A stretch of 64,000 nucleotides of DNA from Hemiscyllium ocellatum (lineage: Eukaryota): the NCBI RefSeq assembly GCF_020745735.1, contig NC_083429.1:30795877-30859876 (forward strand), in the 5' to 3' direction. A program made the translations under genes and the position numbers. Each line of letters opens with the position of its first letter. Position 1 is the first letter of the stretch. This document shows positions 37,101 to 49,100 of this stretch, in pieces. A model generated the notes under the pieces. The model had not been told where the DNA came from and made no database searches. It saw only the letters and a program-made list of their open reading frames with translations.

Positions 37101-40100
37101 CATACCCCTACATTTACCCCTTACCTAACACTACGGGCAATTTAGCATGGCCAATTCACCTGACCCGCACATCTTTGGACAGTGGGAGGAAACCGGAGCA
37201 CCCGGAGGAAACCCACGCAGACATGGGGAGAACGTGCAAACTCCACACAGTCAGTCGCCTGAGTCGGGAATTGAACCCAGGTCTCAGGTGCTGTGAGGCA
37301 GCAGTGCTAACCACTGTGCCACCGTGCTGAGAAGCTTCTACTAAAGAACCAAAGAGCTTAGGTTGTGGCTTACCTAGAGTTGCAAGGGCAGTATCGATCT
37401 GTGAAATGAGAAGAATTTTACATTATTAGGAATTCTCTGCAATTAGAGCATTTTTTCATCATGCCAGTCTCTGTTGCTAGAAGATGATTTATTTAAGCTT
37501 TATTTGATTATTATTGCATTGAAGCCTTTCTCATCTGCATTTCTTACCTGTTTCATGATGTATTTGACTGCTCCTATAAAAGACTATAAGAAGGAACAGA
37601 AGTAGGCCAATCGGCCCCTCAGGCCTGCTCCACCATTCAATAGGATCATAGAACATAGAAAATACAGCGCAGTACAGGCTCTTCGGCCCTCGATGTTGCG
37701 CCGATCCAAGCCCACCTAACCTACACTAGCCCACTTTCCTCCATATGCCTATCCAATGCCCGTTTAAATGCCCATAAAGAGGGAGAGTCCACCACTGCTA
37801 CTGGCAGGGCATTCCATGAACTCACGACTCGCTGAGTAAAGAATCTACCCCTAATATCAGTCCTATACCTACCACCCCTTAATTTAAAGCTATGCCCCCT
37901 CGTAATATCTGACTCCATACGTGGAAAAAGGTTCTCATCGTCAACCCAATCTAAACCCCTAATCATCTTGTACACCTCTATCAAGTCACCCCTAAACCTT
38001 CTTTTCTCCAATGACAGATCACGGCTGATCTGAAGTTCTTCACGTACATATTCCAATTCTTTCTCCATAACCCTTGATTCTTTGGCTATTCAAGAATCTA
38101 TCTCACCTTTAAATATAAACACAGACTCTGCCTCCACAGTTCTCTATGGCAAGGAGTTCCAAAGACTCTCAACCCTCTGTGACAAGAAATCCCTTGCCAT
38201 TTCAGTCTTAAATTGGCACCCCTATATTCCAAAACTTTTCCCTCTGGTTCTAGCCTTTCCCGCTGAGGGAAACATCCTTTCATCATTTGCCCTTTTAAGC
38301 TAGTTAAGAATCCTGTGTGTTTCAATGAGATCACCTCTTATTTTTCTAAATTCGAGTGAATAGAGTGCCAATCTGTTTAATCTTTGTTCAAAGGGCAATT
38401 TCTTTTTAACAGGGATCATCCTCATGAACCTTCACTGAATTGCCTCCAATGAAATAATATATTTCTTTAAATAAGTGGACCTTAAATAAACAGTATAATA
38501 CTCTTCACAGAACTCGAGATGTGGTCTCACCAGCCCCTTATAAAAGATTTCCCTAATCTTGTACTCCAAGTCTCTTGAAGTAATAGCCAACATTGTGTTA
38601 GCTGCCCTGGTTACCTGTCTTTCGTGCTCCATTGCTTGTATTTGAACAGTGGATGGAATCTTTTCGCGTCATTGGAATTCCTACCTGTCAGCCAGAGAGC
38701 CACCAAGAGACTTGTAAGGGCCTTTGTTTTTGAGAAGACCCACTGAACCACTTGCCAATCAAGTGGTGCAGGTAGTCCATCTGCAGGCCTTCTCCTGGAG
38801 TCTAGATCCCGAGGGTAGAAATATTCCTCACTGAGCTCTGAGGCTCACAGTTCTTTTGTTCGTGGCCCCATTTGGAAGGTCTTGGCTGTTCCCAAAAAAA
38901 GAATAAGCCTCAGAGTTCCAGAATCACAGAGTGACCCAGGCCACGTGTAAACAAGTGGGGACAAGACCCACAGAATGGTGGTCATAGAGACAGGAAAGCA
39001 GAGGGTGCCTACAGCAAGGGCCTAGGAAGTGACCGTCAGTGTGTACCTCTTACCTGATATTCAACCCCTCAGCTACTAAGCACCTATAACAAGGGGGAAG
39101 TCTCCTAGTAAAATATATCGCATCATATCAACTGGTGAATGGGTCAACGCAAAAACAGAAATTGCTGGAGAAACTCAGCAGGTTCTTGCAGTGTCTGTGG
39201 AGAGAAAGCAGAATTAACATTTCATGTCTCGTGACCCTTCTTCAGAACTCAGGGTCACTGAACCCGAAAGGTTAATTCTGCTTTCTCTCTACAATTGCTG
39301 CCAGACCTGTTGAGTTTCTCCAGCAGTTTTTGTTTCAGATTTCCACCATCCACAGTTGTTCTGTGTTTTGTAAATGAGTCGGTATCTGTTATAACCGTCA
39401 GCTCACATTTGTACTTGATGTCAACAATTGATAAATTTACCTTTCCATTCACTGCCCCAGATCAGTAATGAAATGACAGAGACCAGAAAGACTAGAAATG
39501 TGACAGATCGCACAGGAAAACTACCTGTGAAGGAAAAGAAAAGCAGTTTGAGGTTCATCCAATGCACTTTAGCATTAATGGTTGGTGATCACTATGAATT
39601 AAATTATATTCTGGGTTTACTGGAATAAAAGGTACAAAATACAAAGTGAAGTTTCAATCAAATAAACATTTTTGTTTTAATTTTCATAGCTCACAATGAC
39701 AAATAAATTTGCTCCCTCGGTTATTTGAATGATGCCTCAGTTCAGTTTTTATGACATAGCTTCAGGCAGCCTCAAAAACCTCAATAGCAATCTGATTCTA
39801 TTCTAACCTCAAATGGATGGAAAAGTTTTGAACACACCTGTGCTTGAGTGGTTTTCAAATGTTTCCAGTGTGCAGTCTGGGTATCAAGATAGGCTGTTGC
39901 CCTTATTTTGCCAGTATCTTGACATTTCTGTGTTAACTTGTATTTAACTTCTGTTTTAGAGGACGCAAGGAAGGCTGGGGCTCTTAAGGAGTGTGGAAGA
40001 AGATGCGTTGCGATCGGCAGAAATTAATTATACAGATATATCAGATATCAACACAAGCAGCTTACAGAGAATTGACACCATAAAATGTGCAGGGCTAGAT

Positions 40101-43100
40101 TTCATGGGGCACTTGGAAGGGATATGAGGAAGAGAGAGACAGGGATCTGGAGAGGGCATGGTGGAAGAGGGGTGACAATGGGTTGCTTCAGAGGACCACC
40201 CCATACTAAGCTAGTCAGGTACTTTAAAAAGCCATCCCTGTGTCATTGCTTGGCCTGGTTAGATTAGATTACTTAGTGTGGAAACAGGCCCTTCGGCCCA
40301 ACAAGTCCACACTGACCCACAACCCACCCATACCCCTACATTTACCCCTTCACCTTTAGCATGGCCAATTCACCTGGCCTGTACATTTTTGGACTGTGGG
40401 AGGAAACTCATGCAGACACTGGGAGAATGTGCAAACTCCACACAGCCAGTCGCCTGAGGCGGGAATTGAATCCAGGTCTCTGGCGCTGTGAGGCAGCAGT
40501 GCTAACCACCGTGCTGCCAAAGTCAATAAAGTGTGGAGCTGGTAAAATGTACAGCAGGTCAAGCAGCGTCGACATTTCAGGTCAGGACCTTTAATCAGGA
40601 CCTGATTCTAACAACACAGGAAATGATGAGTCTAACAGGTCTCACCTCCTGTCCTGACTAAACAGTTGTGGGCAAGCCCAACAACAGACATGCTAGCTGC
40701 CCTGCACCATTTAACACTGGGAGGAACATTGATTCACTTCAGATTAGAGTTCTGCTCCTGTTTAGGGAGGACATGCTGCTTGTAGGGATGTGAGCTGAAT
40801 GGATAAGGGCAGCAGCTCAGCAGACGTGCAGCGCCAGGCTTGGCAGTGGCCACCTTAGGGATTGCGGGCAGTTCCAGTAGGGAGCACACAACAATGGGAC
40901 CAGAGTGTCCAGTAAATTTTTACCGGGTTTGCATGTCTTAGTGAACTGGGAACGGGAGGTTAAAGGGCTTTTGAGATGTGCCTCAGATAAGCACAAGATA
41001 CCCCAAAGGAGATCACCCCTTCATCAGCACCCTTCACTCCATCCCAACCCTCACCCCTCCAGGTCCCTCTTCCTTCCTGTACCCTTCCCTCCCTCTCTCC
41101 TCTCCCCCTCATTTCCTCCTATCTTCCTCCCTCCACCATCCTCATCCCCTTCCGCTTCCCTCTCCCACCCACATTCCATATTCTCCAAATACCTTTGCTC
41201 CCCAGACTCCTCTCCCATCCCATTTCTCTTCCTGTCTCCTGTGCTTTCCCTTTTCTTCCTCATCCCTCCTCTTCCGTCCTCCTCTCTCCTCATCCTTTCT
41301 CTCTCCTCTTCCTCTCCCCCTTCTAAACCTCCTTTGCCCCATTCTCTGTCTGCTCTTCTCCCCTACTACCCCACTTTTTGCTGAAGTTAAATGTCATTTG
41401 CCTGGTTCCCAATTGGACTGGGCTTCCTTCAGCTTCCACAAGTAAACTTTCAAACTAAGACCTAAAATGGTGTTCCTCTTTGTGGTTTACTTCTCTGTGG
41501 AATACAGACTTTTTGGATGGGTGCCTGGTCATGTACATATTAATGTTTTGCAAACTCGTTAGAGTTAGATGGTTCAAGTGAAGGAAAATGAGATTTCTAG
41601 TAATCTCTAAGAATGGAAGACAAATCCATATATATTTTTGTCATGTTGAAGAACTAAAGATTAAACATTGAAGAATTCATGCATTTATCTACTGTCTTTG
41701 AGATTCTATTTTGTATTGCTTATGACCATATTGATCACTGGCATAGTTTATTTATAGATAGACAAATGGGAGGCTGAAGAATACAGCAAGCCAGGCAGCA
41801 CCAGGAGGTGGAGAAGTTGACATTTCGGGTGTAACTCGGGAGTCTACTTGTCTACCTCCTGACGCTGCCTGGCTTGCTGTGTTCTTCCAACCTCCTGCTT
41901 ATCTACCTTGGATTCCAGCATCTGTAGTTATTCTGTCTCGAACTATTTTATCTATAAGCCATATTCTATAGGAATGCATTATCCCGGTTTGGCAAATGAA
42001 TAGGCCTTGGAAAAAATGAATTCCATTTATAATTAATTACTCGTATCTCAGTTTGTTCTGAACCGAGTATTCATAAAGAGAGGAGCATTCACTTTTGCAC
42101 TTACTTCCCAAATCAGATTTTAGGTATATATTTACAGGAAATTCTTGAAAGCCATAATCATTTTGTGCTCCACAAAGATATGCTCCACTGTCTGAATATT
42201 CAATACTTGCTATCTTCAGCATTGAAATGTTTACTCCAGCAGCCAATTGCAAACTTTGTTCCTGGGATATCTTTTTCCATATCACTGTGGCTACTGGGTT
42301 ACTGTCTGCTGTACAGTTTAGTTCAAGAAATGTCTGATGCTTCACATGGATGTGGTCTTGGTCCAGTCGATGGAACATATCCGTGTCAGAAGTCCTGTAA
42401 TATATGACAAGTTTTGGACCATCTGAATCAGAACGAAGGAAATGAGAAATAATTAGTCATAGAAGCAGACTCAACCTCAGAGAATATGTCAGAGAATAAG
42501 TAAAACTGACTGGAATTAAAATCATTCAAATCGATCCTTTTTGTTGCCAGGCCACATAACTCTTTAAAAACAAAGCACTTATGGAAGAATTGATTGTTAA
42601 ATGGAATCTTATTCACATTAATTCCTAAGCCAAAGACAAACAGACAACTACTCACAAGATTACATTCAAATCAGTGCTAAAAATGTGCGAGAGAGAAAAA
42701 CGTTAACTTGCTATTGAATTTCTGCTTCCTTTCCTCTTGTACCACCACAAGAATCACAGTCATTGCTCCCCAGGTATGTAGTTGTGATAAAAAGTATGCA
42801 AAGCTTTAAGTGTAAAACTGTATTCCATCATTCTCTCCCAGAAAATTAGTCTGTCTTTGTCAAGATGTTTTGTGAATAGGGAAAAGCCCTAAAACCATTT
42901 TATGGAGATAAACCTCATCATCTCAAAATTTCCCTTAATCTAAGTTTTTGAGTATGTGAAAGAAATGTCTCCTGGTTTCTCTTTTTATCATTATTTTCCT
43001 CAGTTTAGAAACCATTCATCTCAGGGAGGAGTAAACACAGATCCAACTTAGCACTTCTATGAACAAATTTAAAAATATTATCAAATTGTGAGGCACATAT

Positions 43101-46100
43101 TTCGTCCACCAGAACTGTGCAAATTCTTCAGAGGAACTTTTCAATTTACTCCTACATCACAGCTGTAGTTACAGTGTTACTACCTACCAGTGTTCTTCAA
43201 GTTAGTTTACTTCAAGGGCATTGCAATTCCAATTATCACATGGCATTTCCCAAATCCAGCCACATTCAGATTCAAAGTTGAATTCTTTCTACACTATGAA
43301 ATGATAAGTTCAATAAAAACACTGCACCTGCAGGACCAGGTTCATTGAGGTTCTTGTACGGTTTATGGTAATTACAACCAGAATGTCTTCATCCCAATCA
43401 TCTGAGTTGGATTTTGGACCCATATAGCAGAGTTGAAAAGACAACGTTATCTTGGACATTCCAACTCAGCCTGTCATCATATGTACACTCTTGGCTAAAA
43501 TTGCATAATCGTCTTGTAAAGCTTCAGTGAAATAATTGGCATCTAGGCCCCTTCAGGCTTACATTAGGTATATGCCACAGTTACGCCCATCAGAAAAACA
43601 CATTAAGGTTATATACTTACAATTCACCTTTAGCCTTATCTGCTTTATTATTTGCTTTTCATTAGTTGAATGATTGACCTGGCAAGTATAGATTAATCCA
43701 TGGTCTTGTGAAGTGGGAACAAACGTCAATTGACTAGTAGTGTTAAACGTTCCATCCATGTTGCTGAAGGTGAACTCTTGAGTCCTGTATCTTGTTTCAG
43801 CATCTGCTGGTGAAGATTGAGAATTGTCTAGGATTGCTTGCAACCATTTAATGGAGATAGACTGAGGATAAAATCGCCCAGCAAGGCAGTACAGTGAAGA
43901 TGTCTTCTCTGCTACTAATGTTTCCTGAGTAACAGAAATTGCTGGAGGAGATGGTGGAACTGTAACATAAAATGCAAAATAAATCATGTTGAATATAAAT
44001 ACTAAAGAAGACAATAACAAGTCAATGTCAAGCAGGTTCTACACATGCAATGTACTTGGCAACTTCATTACAATAAATTAATCATGCAGAGGTTATGCAA
44101 AGCTTATAATTTTTATCTCAGTTTTGGAAGATTGACTAATCCTTTGAGTATCAGTCACATAAAAGTTCTTTTCTATGAGTGGAACAAATTGTCTTTCAGT
44201 TATTCATGCTTAAAATTTTGTCAAAAATGTACTGGTTTGCATGAAGCTTCATTTTGTTTTCAATGGAATTTCAGAATGTTACATTATAGAATCACCATAG
44301 AATCTCTAGAGTGTGAAAACAGGCCATTCGTCCCAACAGGTCCATACTAAACATCATCCCATCCAGACCTATTCCCCCTATCCTTATACCTCTGCATTTC
44401 CCATGGCTAACCCACCTAGCCTGCACATCCGTGAACACTATGGGCAACTTATCATAGCCAATCTGCCTAACTTGCACATCTTTGGACTTGCACATCTTTA
44501 AGCCCAAACTGTTCAGTTGCATTCCCAAGTGGAACTCAGCTCTTCGTATGCCATGGATCACATATTGTAATATGTCTGCTGTAAACATCCTCTTTGTATT
44601 GACATGATGCTTCATAATTACATTGTTGTTTTAAGAGGCCAATAGGTATCCAGAAATTGTGTGGGATTTATGGAAAATATTTTATATAAGATTCTGCACA
44701 TAGAAGGCATGAATGATCTAAAAAAATGGATTTCTTGACAAGATCATAAGTTAATTTGAAATATTAAAAAAGATTGAGATGATAAAAATTAGAATGGGAA
44801 ATATTGAATTATAGTGTGCCAGCATATGAATATTGAAATAAGAAGCCTAATTAGAGCTATTGCAGTTAATGATGTCAATTTCTAAGTGATTGCATATATA
44901 TCCAAAAACACATTTTGCAGTCTCCCAGTGAGAATTCTCAATTAAGTTGATTCAATCTTGCATCAGACATAATTAAATAATTATCTTGCATGTAGCTGCA
45001 CTTACAGATGACTGAATTTCCGCCCCATTGGGGTAGTAAGTATGGAGACAGTGGGTGGCTGCATAATTCAGTACCGATGCATGCCAGTTTACCAATATTA
45101 TCATACTATCAGGCCACAAATGACTCAAGGCTAATTCAAGAGAATGGAAAGTCAATTGAAGCCAATTTTCAGTGGCCTAATGGAATTTCCAGAGCAAGCC
45201 AACTCCCTGAAGGTGATTTCCAGATAGTAGACATGGTGGCTAGTGCAATAGGCTAGAGGCCCTCCCTGTCAACTTAGTCACAACAGTGGCTACGGGCCAC
45301 CCTATTTAGAACTCTTCCTTCCACAGTGGTGGCCTAACAGTCAGGGCCATGTTTTGCTTGTTAAGATTCAAAAGTGCAAAGAAAGCATCTCATGATGGAG
45401 GCACAGTCTCTCTCCTTCAAAGGTGGACTGCTGGAGATCATCTTGTTGACCTTCCAGCTTCACCGGCCAATCCCACCAGCTTCAATTTGGCAGAATGCAC
45501 AATGTCTGGCCAAAAATCATAAGGACGTGCCTGCCCTGTCATGGCGAAGGGTCACAACCTCAGCTTAGCCTCAAGACTGGGACACTAAAATTCAAAATCC
45601 AGCTCATGCTTTCAGCAATTCATTAATGAAATCAAAGGACATGATATTCCAAAAACTTTAAATTTTTGATGCTTTATAAAAATAGTTATAACATATGTGG
45701 ACATATTTATAAATGAATATACACTTTACCAACAACATGCAATTGTGTTCCTGGTCCTTTTTCCTCGATTGGTGGGTAGGTAGTTGGTACCTTCACCACA
45801 CATGTATAATTCGAATCAGACATTCTAAAAGAAACGCTTTTGATCTTCAGAGTTGCAGCACAGTGGTGAAAAATACCTGGAGTAATGTCAGGGATGCAGG
45901 TCAGATTATTGTCTGAATTGTATCTCTCAGTCATCCCATGAGAGGTCTTGTACCAGAATACATAGATCCAATTACTGTCATTTGCAATATAATTAAATGT
46001 ACAGTTTAATGTGGCTGGCTTTCCTCTCAGGATGCTGACCAGAGCTGGCTGAGACACCTCTCTGATCACTGGATTACCTAATGGAACAAAATATATCAAC

Positions 46101-49100
46101 TGTTAGTAATATTAGACTCAGTCAGACAAATCATGGATAATATTTAACATCTGTTAACCTACATTTATAATTCATGTTGAGTCATATATTCACAGAGCAT
46201 GGAAACAGGCCTTGCAGTCCAACCAATGCACACTGAACATGTTCATCGTTTTGCTACAAGAAAGGAAATGATTCCATAATGAAGGAAGTTACAGCATTTA
46301 CTACTTGCCTGACACAAGACAGACGGTATTTGGGACTCACGCATGCAGTTGCTATGCCCCTAACTATTGACTCACCTATGACTGTTGCATTTCAAATCTT
46401 TCTGGTGTTTTAGCAGTTTTCTATCTGCCAGTTTTGATTATTGCTGCACTTCTTCAAGAAGTTCTGACCAAATCTCCTAACCCAAAAGTATAATCTAGTT
46501 TTCAAGTTTACTGGTTTGGGGAACTTCTACACTACCTGTGCCTTTCCCATTCCCTAATGTTGTTACCTCACATTGCCTTTGGAGGTGACCACATCAGTCA
46601 GTACTCAGTCTTTGATTTTCAATTGCACTGCAGTGACTCTAGCCATTCGTCACGTGCTGATTGTAACATGAGCTCAAACAACAGGCAACAATTCCTGCAC
46701 ATGAGGCTACCCAGAATGCATAAAGTACCCCCAGAGTTCCCATCCAGAATAAGTTCCATATGCAATGTATCCAAATAATCTGTTTTAATAGTCAATCCAC
46801 TGACGAATCAAGCACCTCACACTGAAATCTACAAGTCTGAGAAACTGACATTTAAAACGTCGATTTAAAAACATTTGAACATCATGTAAAAGGAAACCAT
46901 TACTCTCGAAGGCAAATTGCTGCCTTTGTGAATGTCTGCAATCAATGGAGTATAAATACACCCACAGTGTCATTTTTATGTCGCAGTTTGACTCAACTGA
47001 GTGCATGCATTGGCATTTTAGTGACCATTAAGACTCAATGCATCACTCTACACTATATTTCTTAAAATAATTCTAAGAAACTGACCACTGCAAGATTGAG
47101 ATAGTAAAAACAATATAAAGTTAACAAAAGACACTTGAGTTCATATCTAACAATATTAAATGCAATGAAAACTACGATCATATAAAATTTGTGAGAAATT
47201 AGCAATTTAATTAAATACATAATATACATACATATATAAAATAGCCAGGGAGCTTCAAATAATTGTTTTCACAGAAATAGAATGCTTAAAAAATGACCAA
47301 AATCACACAGTATGATTTCAAAATAGTGGCTTATTTCACAAAATTAACAATTAGTTCATAAGATATAAACTTTATTATGTAATTAATTATATTTGAGTGT
47401 TGGATACATTAAGACCACAATTTCAATGAAATTCCAAACATTGTCCAAATCTCCTGTTTATTGGTGATTGGACACTGGTGGAATTCCAAAGTGAAGGAAC
47501 ATAAATAGATTTTCTCAAATATTTACATTGATTCTCTGCAGTTTATGCATAATTAAAGCAGCAGCTCTTTTGGAATTTCAAGACCAAAATTACCTTACTG
47601 ATTCTGCATTAGCTGAGTGATTTAACTCCACATTTTCTTTAAGCTTAGTCCCATCGACCTTTTAAAGGTTTACATTGTATGTTGCAACATTTTTCATACA
47701 ATGTCTGCAATAGTAAATTGCTTTGATGTTAATTAATAAATTATGATGTTGCAAATGTGAACACTGATGATGGATTGAGGTATTGTCAATCCCTACTTAT
47801 AGACTTTGGTTAGATAAAGATATCAAATTATGAGGAGAAAATGCAAATAAGTGAAGTAGATTGAGGTTCAGCTATGATTGAGTATAATGACATAAAATTT
47901 TGAAAGATTGAATGGCCTACTCCTGTTTCAGTGTTGACACACAGTTTTGTTGTGTCACCATAGTGAAGCAACATGTGGTGATTCAACCTGAGTACCACCA
48001 GAACTCAGGCAAGGGAAGAGGTTGAGTAGGACAGTCCTTCATGGTAAACTCAAACCATGAGTTGATGGGAACTGAACCCACACTGTTGGAATCACGCTGC
48101 TCTGTCAGCTGAGCTAAACCAATTCACACAGTTACATTATCACTATTATGCCAAAAGAGAAGTGGTATGAGGGTGTTACTTAAAGTGAAAATTTTGGTTT
48201 GGATCAAAAATCTAATTCCCCAACAAATTAAAAGAAGAAATGAATCAGATGCAGTCAGTAATTATAGTTCTTTTGAAGTTTACCTGAAATGCAGTATAAC
48301 TCCAGCCAGGTGCAAAGTTTATTTTAAAGATTCTCAGCTCTTTAATTGAAACTCAAGAATTGGAAGAACTTGGAGCAGGAACAAGCAATTCAAGAGTTTG
48401 AGCCTCTGCTCCATCTAATATGATCACAGCTGATCTCATTTTCGTTTTTACTTTCCTGAACACTCTCCACAACCCTTCAACCCATTGCTAATTACATATC
48501 TGTCAATCTCCTGCTTAAATTTACTCAATGTCCCAACATCCACCGCAAACTGGAATCCACAGATTCACGACCCATTGAGAGAAGTACTTTGTCTTCATTT
48601 CTGTGTTAAATCAGCTACCCTTTAGCCTAAAACTGTGAGCTCTCAGTTTAAAGTTCTTGCTACATCTACTTTGTGATACATCTTTAGCATCTTTCATATG
48701 TCAATTAAATCTCCTCTTTTTCTTGTAAATTCATATGCCAAAATTGTTCAGTCTCTCTTCTCACCGAGTCATAGAGCTGTGCAACATGGAAAATGACCTG
48801 TCCAAAGCATCCAGGTCGACCAGATATATTAATCTAGTCCTATTTGCCAGCATTTGGCCCCTATCCCTCTAAGCCCTTCCTATTCATCTATCTTTAAAAT
48901 GCCTTTTAAATGTTGTAATTTTACCAGCCTCCACCACTTCTTTTGGCAGCTCATTCCACACAGGCACCTGCCTCTGTCTGAAAAAGTTGCCCTTCAGGTC
49001 CTTCTTAAATCTTTCCCTTCTCACATTAAACCGATGCCCTCAAGTTCTGGACTCCCTCACTGCAGGGAAAAGACCTTGGTTATTCACCTCATCCATGCCC

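Noticed and set aside
40905-41445. Pro/Ser-rich and Arg/Glu/Gly-rich ORFs of up to 159 aa
   Set aside because: Arise from a C/T low-complexity tract
45859-45897. RSS heptamer CACAGTG inside the V exon, suggesting a rearranging V segment
   Set aside because: No nonamer at 12- or 23-bp spacing, it is on the opposite strand within the exon, and the exon already contains the J-like motif and a splice donor
45730-46077. Siglec/CD22/MAG identity for the minus-strand gene (E-strand Cys, CD22-like third domain)
   Set aside because: The V domain keeps the canonical F-strand Cys (YTC) and lacks the F-strand Arg needed for sialic acid binding; domain 2 is C1-set
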